Part shown: positions 11,992-25,400 of the stretch, piece by piece | How positions within the stretch are numbered: position 1 is the stretch's first letter | How the letters are laid out: every line of letters begins with the position of its first letter | Assembly (NCBI GenBank): GCA_000708835.1 | Contig: DF237202.1 | Span: 57,540-121,539, forward strand | DNA length: 64,000 nucleotides | Reading direction: 5' to 3' | From: Klebsormidium nitens | Lineage: Eukaryota > Plantae > Klebsormidiophyceae | Translations under genes and position numbers: made by a program | Notes under the pieces: model-generated | Told to the model about the DNA's origin: nothing | Seen by the model: the letters and a program-made list of their open reading frames with translations, nothing else | Database searches by the model: none

Positions 11992-13001
11992 GTACGTGCG
12001 CTCGGGAGCCCCATAAGCTCTCAGCTCGTTTCGGTAGCGCCGTAAGCCATCATCTTCATATATGTCGGGGGGACCGTTTACATTTTGGGGCGCCATAAGC
12101 CATCCATTGGCGTAAGGGCCTTATCGCTCTCACCTGGTAATTGGGGTGCCATAAGCGATCACCTTCTATCGCGGGCAGACGCTACAAGCTCGCTAGTACA
12201 GTCGCGCAGGCGCAGAAAGCTCCCACTTATGTAGAGGAAGCCGTATATATGCACTTGGAAGCAGACTAATGTTCGACGGGGCTACAACAGGGAGAACGGG
12301 CTAAGGAAAATGAATGGCCCTGATCAAATATCCATGTCATTTGAAATAAGGCAGAAGGTATAGGGCCAGTGTATGTGTATGGGAGGGCGGTCGAGTCCTT
12401 TAATGAAGTAGAGGGTGCTTTTGCACAGACTTGACTCACTGCTGGCAATCAAAAAGGGGATTAAAATGTCAGTGTGAGCAGTAGACTATGAGAAGGGCTT
12501 CGTGAAATATACGGTCCTTGGGTTAGAGTGCCAGCCCGAGCCATAAGTGGCGCAATAGCAGCAGAATAACAAGATAAGACGTAGAACAACGTATGTACAG
12601 TGCACCTCAACTTGTCAAGCATCACTCAACTACATATAGATATCCTGTTAATCGAGAATGCAATCCAAATGTGTTTGAGAGCAACGCAATCGCTGATTTT
12701 AGACTCAGATGGTAAGAACTCAAGGACCCTACATCGAGAAATCCGCATGGCTGAACCAGAGAACTTGTTTCGCATTCAGGCGCATGATTGAATGAATCTA
12801 TCTCGCGGCGGCCATTGAATTATTCTGCATTTGCTTTCCATACCGAGGCCCGGCCTGATATTCAGGAATTTATGATAAGCTTGGAAGATTGGTATGTCGA
12901 GCCGCGCAAGCTTACTGTCTAGCTGCTGACATCTTGAGACGGTTCACGTGCACCAAGTTGAAAGCGGTAGCTGTGCCTGGATTGGTAACTAGTCAGAGCG
13001 T

Positions 13002-13036
13002 AACTTCAAAACTTCAAAACTTCAAAACTTCAAAAC
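13002..13036. repeat. Tandem 8-mer (AACTTCAA) x4
   Basis: aacttcaa repeated four times consecutively. Confidence 0.9.
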
Positions 13037-15039
13037 TCGCGTGCTTATGACGGATATGTCATGCATTCAACAGGTTGGCAGAACGCCAACTAACGAAGCT
13101 TCTGAGTCATGCGTAATCTTGATTAGTCTCTCTGATTTCGTGGAAGCCAGATCATGTGTGCGTTATGACTTGAATGAACGGTATCCCAGAGTTAAATGCG
13201 CGCAAACAGCTACTGACACGCATGACAGGATCCAGAAACATATCGTACGGCTCTACTGGCAAGGTGAACCTCTTTGATTGATTGTCAACGCAAGCCGCGC
13301 GCTGCCAAGCGCCTTACGTCGATCAACTCGTTGGCATGATAGGCCCGGCTGTCAATTAAAAGCCTCGCTTTTAATGCGACCTGTCCGAGAAGTTCTAAGA
13401 ATTCTTCCAAATAAACAAGCTCTGCTGCCTCTCTGCTGGACCTCACCCCCACCTACAGCGGCACCCCAAGCGTTGCCATTCAGCGGCCGTTTTACGCCGT
13501 TGGATTACTACTTGGTCGCTGTGGTAGGCCCGTTAAGCCCTTTTCCATTCCTCAATCAGCAGGAAAAACCCCTTTCTCGGTCCTCGCTCCTTATTTGAGC
13601 AGGGCTGAGACAGCGCTTCTCTGGAAACCAAGCTCAATAGTTGTGCCCCGGCGGAAGAGACAGCGTTTTCTTCGTACAGCACCTTTGTGACCTGAGACTT
13701 TCATAATTTTGGACAAGAAGTTGTTGCCTGATTTCGCCGTCCAGGTTTCATTGAAAGTCCTCAGAGAGCAGAGATTCTGCAAGTCAGATTAGTCTTGTGA
13801 CGCAGACTTGGAGGGCCGGAAACGAAGCTCTTCAAACAGGGTTCCTGAGAAGATGTTTACTTTATACGCCAGCTTTCTGGCAATTCAAAAAGCCAGCCAT
13901 GTAGCGACAGTCCTTCGATCGTCTCGCAATCAATGGGCTTAACCTTCTATTCTCAAGGAATCGAACTCGAGAAGCAACTCATTCATGTTCAAAAACGATC
14001 CGGTACGAAGAGGCGAAGTCGCATATTTCTGCTCAACAACCGGCCATTTTCAGCTAAAACCTTCAACGGTCGTTCCATTGGCGCTGCGATTTCAGCTGAA
14101 TGACCCCACTCCGCGGCACTCGTTCTTTCGTCCCTCAAACGATTTGACCTGCTGGTCAAGCCCCGAGTGTTTCATTCGAGTGGGTAACCGGGTTACCCAA
14201 CCGCCGCTTTCCTGCGGCACACGCCTCCTCTTCCAGACGAACCCCAGCCAGGGTGACCACCCCCTCTTGTGGTTAACTGTGACCCGGCCGTTAACCCCGC
14301 CACCAGGAAGCAAAGCAGATTCGTCTGCTGCGACCTCACCTGGTACGTTCAACCCGCTTCGCTTAACCAAACCGCCCGCTCCCTAACCAACATCACGAGT
14401 AGTATACCTCCACAGCCGCAAACACCATCGCTGCGCTAAATGACGTTAGCAAGCCCGCCGGGCCCCCGGTCTTCCGCCGCCGGCCACGGCCAACCAACTG
14501 TAACCCGATTCGTTACTTCTAACCCGAGGACAAATTGACCCGCACCAAAGCCGTCGGTGACGTAAGCCCAAACCCCCGGGGGAATCCCTCTGGGCCCCAC
14601 TCCCAAATTACTACCAAGGCCCCTGAGTCCCCGGTTCCTGCAAGCGCCGCCCCGAGTACGTACTCTGGGGCTGCGTCACAATATTCATGTAACCGGTGAC
14701 TTCCACGACGCCCGGCACGTCTGGTCCGGGCACCCCTTTTCGAAATGTATGCACTCGGCTATCTATAAGGAGGTCAGTGCTGGCCCAAAGTCTGCAAGCC
14801 CGCTGCGACAGGTTGAGGAAAGACAGAAGATGGAATTTTGGTAGACAAGAATCCTTCAGTTCAGAGGAAGCACCTCAATGATGACCTGGCTCTCTTTGCG
14901 ATTTTAAGCTAGGCGCCAACTCTCTATCTGTTTTGACAAACCTCTCTTCGGGGGTGTACTCATCATCTCTCAGCTTAGCTGCGTACCAGACTGTTCGCGC
15001 AAACCCCTTCGCGTACGGTTTGCTATAAGTCTTACAAAA

Positions 15040-15819
15040 CACAGGGGGGATTGATCAGTAACCTTGGTAGGTTGTGCCAAGGTTATTGCATAGGTTGTCG
15101 CGTAACATAGGTAGTAACCTAGGTAACCTTGGACCTGGGTTGAGTGGCACTCTTAACCCGGGTAGGTTCTGCACAACCCATGCAGACCCGGGTAGCGAAC
15201 AACTTCGACCTGGTTTGTTGATAACTCAAATGCGCAAAAGAAGAAATTTGAGACTTTGTGACGCTTTTTGGCCGTTAAGAAAGATGAGATTTTCCAAAAG
15301 GATGACACCATCTTGTAGCCAAGGACGTTCCAAAGCATGGTTAAGTCGCAAAAAAGTCGAAGTCGAAAAGGAAACGGAGGAAACGGATTGGGAAAGTGTG
15401 CACTTTGGTGCTTTTCAAAGGCGTTTCCGAGAGGTAAAAAGAGAGCGCAGCCATGGGCTCTCTGGTTCGAACCCACGTTCTAATGCATGTCTACCAGAAC
15501 CAAGCGTCTTACCACTATGCTACCGCTCCTTTTGATCTGAAAACGTTCTTCAAAACAAAATCCATTAACGTTTGTATGCCCAGATTAAGAACAAACCACC
15601 CAGGTTGTGGCGTAACCTGGGCCCAAATTTTTTGTAACCTAGATGTGCCTAGGTTGTTAACGACCTAGGGACCTCGGTTACTCACAACGTGACACAAGTC
15701 AAATTATTGTACAGCAACCTAGGTGATACCGAGGTTGTCAACAACCTTGGTCCCGTAACCTAGGCATAACCTGGGTGCCTAGGTTACGGGACCTAGGTTA
15801 CCGACCAATCCTCCCTGTG
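15040..15819. mobile_element. Non-autonomous CACTA/EnSpm-like element, 780 bp, CACAG termini
   Basis: TIR CACAGGGGGGATTGATCAGTAACCTTGGT versus reverse complement of the right end CACAGGGAGGATTGGTCGGTAACCTAGGT (4 mismatches). Flanked by a 3-bp AAA duplication (15037-39, 15820-22). Dense subterminal AACCTAGGT/AACCTGGG-type repeats at both ends; no ORF. Confidence 0.8.
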
Positions 15820-18800
15820 AAAGGCCCGGTCAGTTTGCTACGGCCCTGCGCATGCGTTTTACGCAATGAGCGCCTGATGACGTCAGCAGGTTTTATCCGG
15901 AACGGCCTGGCCAGGGACGCGCTTACCTCTGCTGTGTCCGGAGGAAAGGGTTTGAATGTGACGCCATCTTGGGCAGAGTATCACAATCTCGATCACACAA
16001 GAAGCTCGAAGCGCAAAGCTAGGAAATGAGTAACCTTTGAGCCCCGACTCGGAGGGCTTCGTATTTGACCGGAACTATCGAGTGCAGGATGTGCAGTACT
16101 AGAATGTGCGCGTCTTACCGGGCATCTCACTCGCAAGGCGAATCAAACGGGGGCGCAAGGTACCCTCCCCCCTGGAGCAAACTTCTGCATTATTCCCCAC
16201 GATTCAATCATTTCAGTGCGTACAAGGCCGGGCCATAGAATCTTAGAGAAGTTACATACGGAATGGAGCCCAACACACGGGTAGAGTACTGCTGCTTGAG
16301 TACAGCACAGCTGGTATATAGCTATTTGCAAGTACTATTTTAACCCGTCATAGGTTCCTCAACTGCTGACATGACGCTTCGCTGCCCTGCAGTATTGTAC
16401 GTTCAACGGTTTTGTAAGATCTGACCGCTCGGCTAGACTCCTGGTTTGAAAAAGTGCAGAACTTGGGCCGCCCGATCGATGTCCCAACGTAAGCCGGACA
16501 GTTTCCTTGACTATACCGTTTGAGGGCTAGTCAGGGTAGGGGGAACCTTCATATGACTACCAGTAGTAGGTTTTTGATCTTGTAATGAACCACCCTTGAC
16601 GGATGGGGTTAAATTGCCGTATTCTTAATGAGTGGATAAACCTGACGGTTGAGTCTGGCGGCGGGGCAAAGGCCTTCTGAAAAGGGCGCGAACATGACTG
16701 AATCGGAACGACTTGAATGGTTGTGGGGCTGATCACATGCGCCGGAAGTAAGTCGGCCTAAGAGTCACAGTGCGCTGCGGGCGGGCGCGAGCAGCCGCAT
16801 ATGCGGGTGAGGTAGTCGTTCAGTGCGTCATGAAATGCACTGATAGGGAAACTTCTAAATGATGGCCGCTGGCTTGAGGATTCATCTCGGCTTCGACCGG
16901 TCGTAGCCGGTCCGCATATCCGCGGAAATTACCGATATGCCGATAGCAGCGGGATAGGGGCGTCGCAGTGCAAGGACCCCGCGCCCGTTCCCCGGCTGCT
17001 CTCCGGCGACCAGCCTCCCCCGGTTGCAGGTTTGCAGTCGCCCGAAGGCTGCTCGGCGGTCGATCCGGATTCGGAGAAACGGGACAACGGGACGGAGGCC
17101 TGCGGCGCGGCCAAGATACTAGCAAAGGAAGCCAGCGCGACGCGCGCTGTTCTGGGCGAATCCCTAGCTAGCGTATACCAGGACGGAAAACATATGATGT
17201 TATGAGCACGGCTGCTAGGCGCGCTCGCGCGGTGCGCGCGCCACACCTTCAGCTTTCGCAACGGGCACGGCTAACGCGGCCTTGCACGATGAAGTCGTCA
17301 TCTGGCACTTCGGCATTAATTTGGTACCAAATATGGAGAAGAGAAAAAACATTCCACAATTAAAAGCAGATTCGATTTCGACCGCGTCTGCAAGGAGGCA
17401 ATCCGCTTCTTGACTGAGGGGATATCGCCGGCGGGATACGGTGCCAGGGGTTCTCACTGAAAGCCCGTTAATATTGCGTAGCAATTGCGTCAGGCGAGTC
17501 TAGACCAAAAGCGCTTTTGGAAGAGAGTCAAGAAAGTCTGACGTAGCTCTGACGTGCCTCTGTTTCAATGATCCGCGTCATCATCACACGGTCTCGTCCT
17601 TCTTTAAGGCCTCCTGGTAAGTGCCAATGATATAAGGTACATATGTCGACGTTGTGACGCAATCACCTGGCCGGCTAGCATGAGAATCCCCGCTTTCTCG
17701 TATAACTACTGGGCTGGCGGCCGGTGATCACCAACGCGCGGCCGCAGGGTTCAGAATACAATTTAACAAGCCTTCGACAGCTCTACACCGTTGCACTTCA
17801 AAAATTCTCGAACATCAACGGTCCGAAGCAGTGTGTTGCTGCGTCGTCCTTCAGGACAGACTTAGATGCGCTTCATGATCAGCTTCGGAACATCCAAACA
17901 TGTAGTATGACTGTTGCTGATTCTTAGGGTGTTCTCGAAGGGACCCGGATTGTATTCGTGAGTTTGGGTAAGGAGGAGAGACGTGTCTTGAAGGCGCTCA
18001 AATGGCAGAATGGGGTTCATGAGCATTCCGACGACAGTGATGTGATATCCACGTGCTATCGGCGTTCATATTCAAGTAACTGAATCCGTGCAATCTGATC
18101 CGGAATGTATCTATAGCATCGGCAACTCTCTATATATAGCTGACGTGTACAGCTTCTGGCAACGGGAATAATCCTCGAAGGAGGGGTGTAATTTTAGCGA
18201 CCACGACGGGAAGGCCGAGCTTTTAGCGTCTAACTAAAGCCCCTATGCTTGCACCTGTGTTCAATACTGTTCCTTCAGTGGTTCTATACGAGACCCAATC
18301 TTGGGCTCCTGTTTCGAGAGCAGCCCTGCTTGGAGAGGGATCACTGGGTACTTTGACTTTGCTGGTGCCCTTAACGGTTTGCCCCAAGCTACCACTTGAC
18401 AACTTAAGAATACGTTTGAAAAGTAAGACCTTGAGCAGAAAGGGTGGAAATTTGTCTGCATCTCCTTCTCCTGAACTTTCCTGGGAAAGGGGCTTTCGGT
18501 TGCAGGCTAATATATATCTAGCTAGAGAGTCGTTGTGAACCTATCAGGAGGCCTTGTCGAGGGAAAACTATGAGAAAGTCTGGATATCCCTCATTCTCAT
18601 TGAAAAAGGGGGAAATGCCCAAAATACCCTGTGGGGAATCGGGCAATGAAAGCCTTTCCGGAGCAGAATCCGGGGTCTCTCCATCAAAAGAAACAGGAGC
18701 CCGTTTCAAAAAGGCAAATGAACCAAATGCCTTCGCAGTGCATGCGGCATCATCGTTGTGAGCAATAAACCAAACATCGGAACTCTACATTGAGAAGCAG

Positions 18801-19420
18801 ATACCTCCGGTTATGAAGGAGCTGGCGTCGCTGACAACGAAGCCTTCAATGGTTTACTAATTCATAACCCTCTGCAAGTCACCGTTAGCTAGCGCTTGTT
18901 TGCCGTCAGACTGTTTCGGTATGTCATTAGGAAGCGCGGCGGGGTACGTCCCGGCCGCGAAACAGATCCATCACTGGTCTTGCACGATGTGGATGCATTC
19001 TTGAGAAGGATTGAATAAGGCATTATGCTTGTAACTTCTTGTCAGAATGTCGTTTTCATTAACCACTTTAGTCAATCTGGATCTACGTGTCTGCCAGGCA
19101 TTTTCAGGCCCGCCGGCGCGTTTCAGAATCTGATCCAATCACATCCTTCGGTCGGCCGGGCTTTCAATCTCGCTCTCTGTTGAGGCAGTGCCTCAACTTC
19201 GATTACGCTAAACTAGTATGCAATCTCTTTCCTATCAAAACACGTTGTTGGAATCTTCTCTAGCTATTCTATTGGTCCTCACGGCAAGCCATCTCCGTCG
19301 TTCGCGCTCCGCACGATGTGGCCACTCCCCCTATTTACACACCATCTACTGTTTACCCCTTTTCGAGTCAAGTGCTAGCCACGCACACTGAGCGCGCTTG
19401 AACCGAGCGGAAGCCGTTTC

Positions 19421-22400
19421 TTAAACCGGGTCCTCTCTTTGACCTGAGGCACTAGCGCTGGTGCGGACGGAGGGCCTCTTGAGGGCGGCTGGCTCCTCGG
19501 GGGGGTTCACCGGGGCGGAAGTTTCGGCCGGGGGAACGTAAGCGGGGGCGGGTTGAGGGGCGTCTGACGGCCCGGCGGCGGTTTCCGGGTACAGAGCTCC
19601 AAACTGACCAGCGGCTGCAGAGAGAGATGGGTCAACGTTAGATGTGGAAATGATGACGTTGAACAGAGCTGAGCTTAGTACTGAGACGCAGAGGTTGTTC
19701 CCTTGATTTTCCGTACACTTGCCCCAATGAAATCAATCAATCTTAATGGGAGTTGGAGTCCCATTATCTTATCCAATCACGCTCTTCAAATGAGTGTTAT
19801 CCATCTTCGTGATGTCTCAGAGTCGTCTGGTATCTTTCTTTTCCCGAAAATCACGCTTGAACCTCTTCTCGAGATTGTTGTGTTGGCTGTTTGCAAACCC
19901 CGCTTTTCTGAGCGGTTCCTTAATTCCGGCAAGCCCAACTTCCAGAAAGCTTCAACAGTCTCTTGCACGTAAAGTGGCGGCAGACGCCTTACGCACTTTC
20001 CTTGACGTCCGCGTCATTGCGCTGAACATGTGCGAGAAAATAGAGACCCCATATCCCACACATTCTCTGGCTTTATGCAAAGGGTTATTCAAGATACTAG
20101 ATATGAGAGATGTTACGACTTATCCGGTCTGAATTAGCGCCCGAAACCAGCCCACCCACTCACTTTTCTTTCTCTGCATAACGACCCACGCGACCGCGGC
20201 CGCGATGAGCGCCACGCCGAAGAACCCGCCGACAACTCCGCCGACAATCGCGCCGACGTTCGTGGTGCTCTTGGAAGAAACCACCGCGGGGGGCGTAACC
20301 GGGGCGTTTGTAGGGGGGGATGTGGCGGGAGGAAGGGCCGGGGGAGGGATCCCCGGGCTCTCGGGAAGGACGACCTTCGCAGCCGCGACTTCGAACGCCT
20401 CGGCGCTGGTTGCGGCCTGGAAGTCGGCGAGGCTCCTGCGGGTTTGAAAAGGGTTTGGGGTTTAGAAGAGAGGATAGGCAATACGCGGAATGCAGAACTT
20501 GCGATCCAGGCGTTCCGGAGTCACGTGGACAGGGCATGAGCTTCGCGCAGGAAATGCTTTTGCCGTGGTTCCGTATTCCTTGTAATTGAGATTGTCTTCC
20601 GGATTACAATAATGGATTGTGGGTTGTCAGACATCGGATGTTTTGAACAATTGCATGGGGTACTTGTAATGAGAGAACCGGGGGTAGCTTCCCCGGTAGA
20701 CCCTACGGTGCGGGGGACTTTGAAAATTGGAAATTTGGTGAGACAAGCTGAACGTAACGGAACAGACGATGCGACGAGGATGCGACTAGTTTCTGGCATG
20801 AACGGCGAAACTCAAAAAGAGGCGCACGCTCGCGCCTCTGATGACAGCTGAATCTGGAGGAAAGAGTGCTGTGTAGAGTGCTGCGAAAGGCAGCAAAGCA
20901 GCGGACGCAGTTTTCCACTAAAAAGCGCTTCTCTACACACCAAACATCAGACAGCGATAACGTCAAGCGAGAGGACGGCATGCATCTGACGTCAGGGCCA
21001 ACTTCGGGTGAACATCTCCAGGTCTCGCACCCAAAGACTCGCTCGCAACCAGAATGACGAAACCTATCGCAAAGATGACGTCAGAACAGACACTTTCACG
21101 AAGAAGAGAGTCAGAGAGAAGCCCTCACAGCGTGCCGTTGGCGAGCGCCTGGATGTTGGTTTTGAACGTGGTTTGCGTAACCACGTCGATGGTGTAAAGC
21201 CGCTTCAGGAGCTCCGCGGAAGCCGTGGCGTTGCCCATCATCGACGCCACGTAGGACGGGTTAGCCACTAACTCCTGCAGTTTCGCGTTAACCACCGCGA
21301 TCGCCTGAACGACCGCCGTGATCGCGTCGCTGGAAATGTTGTTCAGCCCCGCAACTTGGAGCAGGCTCGCCGTGTTGATCGTGTCGTTAATGACCTGGGT
21401 TAGGAAGCTAACGTCCTCTAACTGGAGGGCGGACCCGGTCGAAAGGAGCCGGCGGCTGCCACCTGTCGTCACGCTATTGGTCGACATGCACTTGCCGCTG
21501 ATAATGGTGTTAATCAGGTCGGCGACCAGTCCCACCGGCCCGCCGATCAAACTTTCGCCCAGAACCCCAACGCTGGTGATCTTCCCGCCGGTCAGCAGAA
21601 TGAGCGCCGCATACTGGTCCGCATTCGCGGCATCCCCGAGGATCGCTTGCGTGATCCCCGCCAGGGCGTCGTAGTTGCAGACGTCAGGCTGAGCTGGCAG
21701 CCCGAAGCAGCCGGAAAGAAGCGCCGCGGATTGCGTCAGCGTGACGAACTTGGTTTCCAACATCTTCTGCTTGATCGTAGTCAGGGGCGTCAGCGTCGAG
21801 CACTCCTGGGGGGAGGCGAGCGGGGTCGCGAGGCGGAGTCCGGTTCCGTTGTTGGTGCAGACCGCGGAGAACGCCGGAACCGGATCTTGCGGGAAGAGCA
21901 GGGAGTCGCCGGTGCGCGTGCACGGGCCGAAGCCGCCGCCGTCGGTCGTGCACGTGAGGTCGAGAGCCGTGCATTGCCCGGTGTGTGTCGGATCGAAGCA
22001 GATCTCGCAAGCAGTCAGGTAACCGCTGCCTGTGAAACGGAAAGAAAGGACGAACGGTCAGTTAAAGAATGGTGAAGTTTGTTGTGAGCTCGACATGGGA
22101 ACAGCTCTGTTTTTGACGGCCGGGTCTTCGGTTGACTTTTGGATGGGTTCTAACTGATGTCGCACGCGGTCCGGTATTCGCCGCCTCTGAACGGGAAAGA
22201 AACGAAGTCTCAGGTTGAATGGTCAATCTGGACATGATGGATTCCGTCAATCGCTTGAGCTCCAAATCGAAACTAGGGACAGCTTCAATACAGCAAGTAC
22301 CATCTGGTTGTGGACCTGTCCATTAAGATTTCGTACGCGGTCAAGTAGACGCTGCCTGAAACCTGGGGACAGTAGAGGATTTGTGAACGGCTTATTTGTT

Positions 22401-25400
22401 CACTATCGCGGTTCAGATACTTCATCTTGTTTGAAAGTCGTGTAATCCCGCTTGAAAGACTCTGGTCAGGGTACCTCTGATCTCGAACTGGTCCGAGGCG
22501 ATCTCGCATGCGGTCAAGTACTTATTGGCTCGAACAGAACGACGGAGCGACTGTGATCCGATCGTCCATCCAGATCGAGTCGATGCATTGAAGTTTGTGT
22601 TCCTCGCTTCGAATTTGAGCTACAAACTCAATCAGATTCCTTCATTCCAAAATCAAATAATCTCATCCAGTTTCAGATGGTCGAAGCAGAACTTGCAAGT
22701 CATCGAATTCCGCTATCCCCCTGGAACAGCACAAGAGAATCTAATTCATTCAGTACCGCCAGTGATCGAGAAGAGGCCAGTCAAGTAAGGATTCGCTCAC
22801 CAATTGCGATGATACCGAATATGCTGTAGTAGTCGTCGCGCTTGCCTCCCGGGCCTGGCGCAGGCGCGGGTGCGGGGCCACGTACCGGCGCGGGAGCGGG
22901 GGCCTGCGGGGGGGTCCCCGGCGGGGGGGGTGGGATATAAACGCCGCCGTTGCCGGTCTGCTCGGGGCAACCAAGAATGGTGCAACCGGGGTCGGGCTGC
23001 TGAGGAATCGAACCGCCCGGTGCGCCGNNNNNNNNNNNNNNNNNNNNNNNNNNNNNNNNNNNNNNNNNNNNNNNNNNNNNNNNNNNNNNNNNNNNNNNNN
23101 NNNNNNNNNNNNNNNNNNNNNNNNNNNNNNNNNNNNNNNNNNNNNNNNNNNNNNNNNNNNNNNNNNNNNNNNNNNNNNNNNNNNNNNNNNNNNNNNNNNN
23201 NNNNNNNNNNNNNNNNNNNNNNNNNNNNNNNNNNNNNNNNNNNNNNNNNNNNNNNNNNNNNNNNNNNNNNNNNNNNNNNNNNNNNNNNNNNNNNNNNNNN
23301 NNNNNNNNNNNNNNNNNNNNNNNNNNNNNNNNNNNNNNNNNNNNNNNNNNNNNNNNNNNNNNNNNNNNNNNNNNNNNNNNNNNNNNNNNNNNNNNNNNNN
23401 NNNNNNNNNNGGGGGGGGAGCCCCCGGGGCCGCCAGGGGAACCGGGGCTGCCAGAACCGGGGGAGCCGGTGGATCCTGGGCTCCCGGAACCAGGGGAACC
23501 GGTGGAGCCGGGGCTGCCAGAACCAGGGGAACCGGTGGAGCCGGGGCTGCCAGAACCGGGGGAACCAGGGGAACCGGGGGAACCAGGGTTACCGGGGCCG
23601 CCCGGGCCACCGGGGCTGCCCGGGGAACCGGGTGCACCCGTGGCGGAGGGGCTCCCGGGAGAACCGGGGACGGGGCAGCCGGGGTTACCAGGGCAACCGG
23701 GGGGGTTAGCGTCACCGGGGCTGCCGGGGGGGGATCCCCCGGGGCTCCCAGGGGATCCTCCCGGGGGCGGCGGGCCGTAGAAGGGGCACGGCGCGTAGAA
23801 GTCGAACTCGCCGTCGGTGAGGTCGTCCATGAGGAAGCGCGACCAGCGGTAGTCGTCCTCGGAGTCGTCCCGGGACATTCCCCCGAGCACCGCCACGTTC
23901 GCCATGCTGTCGAGTGCTGCCGACGCGCCCATGAAATCGGGCGAGTAGCTGACGGTCAACGCGGCGGACCCGGCGGCGGTAACAGTCCCGTCGAGCGAGG
24001 CCCTGACCGTTGCCGTGCCGACGTCGAGGTTGGGCGGGGACTGGCACGTGACCACGAACGTGACCAGGGCGTTGTCCCCGGTTTCTAATTCGTCGAAGTC
24101 GGTGGGTTCCTCAGTGAAGAGCACGCGCTTTGCGGGGACGCGGAGACCGTCGAAGGAGCAGAACGCCGGGGCGGCGGCAAGGGGGATCAGACCCGAGGCG
24201 TCGGCCTGCAGCGCATGCGCAGGGAATTGCGGGGTTGACTTTTTGAGGTTAGAAGGCCGAAACGATCCGCTTGCAACGCAGAGTGCAGGCCATTTTAATA
24301 GAAAGGACGTCAAGCTCAATGGCCGGGGGAAGGAGGCTTGAATTGATCGTTAGCCTTTGCCGGAAGTTGACGGGTTTGGATTTATCGAATAAGAGCCTTC
24401 GAAACGACTTTTGAGAACAGAAGTGGGTTGGGACACTCAGCAGCATATCTTTGCAGACAAGGAATCAGACTCTGGTCAAGTTGAGGCATCGTTCGTGAGG
24501 TTCTCCGAGCCATAGCAAGAGTTCACTCATCGAAGTATCCTGTAGGTCCGTTAAGCGATTAGTAGACCAGTACCCAGCAGAAGCGAGCGAGACATTGAAC
24601 AACGGGGAGCAGCGTCTGAACGCACCGCCCAACGTCAGTATGATCTCAGCATTCAACGCCTTTTTTGGGACTCCAAACCTTTTTCCTTATTGAATTACCG
24701 GTTCGAAGGTTTTCAACTTTAAGACCAACGCAGGTTGCCCAAAGCACTCAAGTACAAGTGCAGTTGTAAGAAGAAGCGAGCGCGGCGCAGGCGGGAAACG
24801 GTACGTACCAGAGAGTCGATCCCGGAGGGTGAGGACCGGGCTTTCAGCGTGACCTCCACGTCGGTGCTCGCGAACATGGACACCTGGCGGGGGCTCACGC
24901 GCATCGTCTTGAGCTTGCCTGGCAAACATAAGCGCGCGCATGGTTAGATGACGAGCTTCGAAGTTACTTTCCGGTTGAGCAAGTCGGATGCTTCTCTCTT
25001 TGTGCGATGGGTCCTCGATACGAGGATGTGCTCTGCTTCTTACCTGATGAAGTGTCAGCCGCCGTCGATTTGAGACATGTTTGCGTGTCAATCCGAAACT
25101 TGTGCTCAGTAAGCATGCCCCTGTCGAAAAGGAATCGGTCTCGAGGAACACAGAAATTTGTCAAAGGCGCGAAGCGGAAGCGATTCTGATTGCGAGGCAT
25201 GTTTGTGGTGTGCCTTTTGCGTGCTTGATCCAGCTTCGTCGGGAAAGGAGAGAGTTTTGAAGGTCCGTTGGCGGATGCCAAAATTCTTGCAACTCAGCTT
25301 GAATTGGGATTGAGTTTGGCAGCTAGGTCTAACCAGTGAACCACCTTCTAGGTCCTGTCAATCGTTGAGGGCTTTCTGAAACTGTTCCAAAAGGAGGTCC

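Noticed and set aside
16334-16622. Possible TIR pair (TTTAACCC..GTCA)
   Set aside because: Match too short and gapped, with no TSD.
23469-23780. Plus-strand collagen-like ORF ([16 protein letters not shown])
   Set aside because: Antisense shadow of the GSP repeats; the minus strand has the splice sites, signal peptide and TM.
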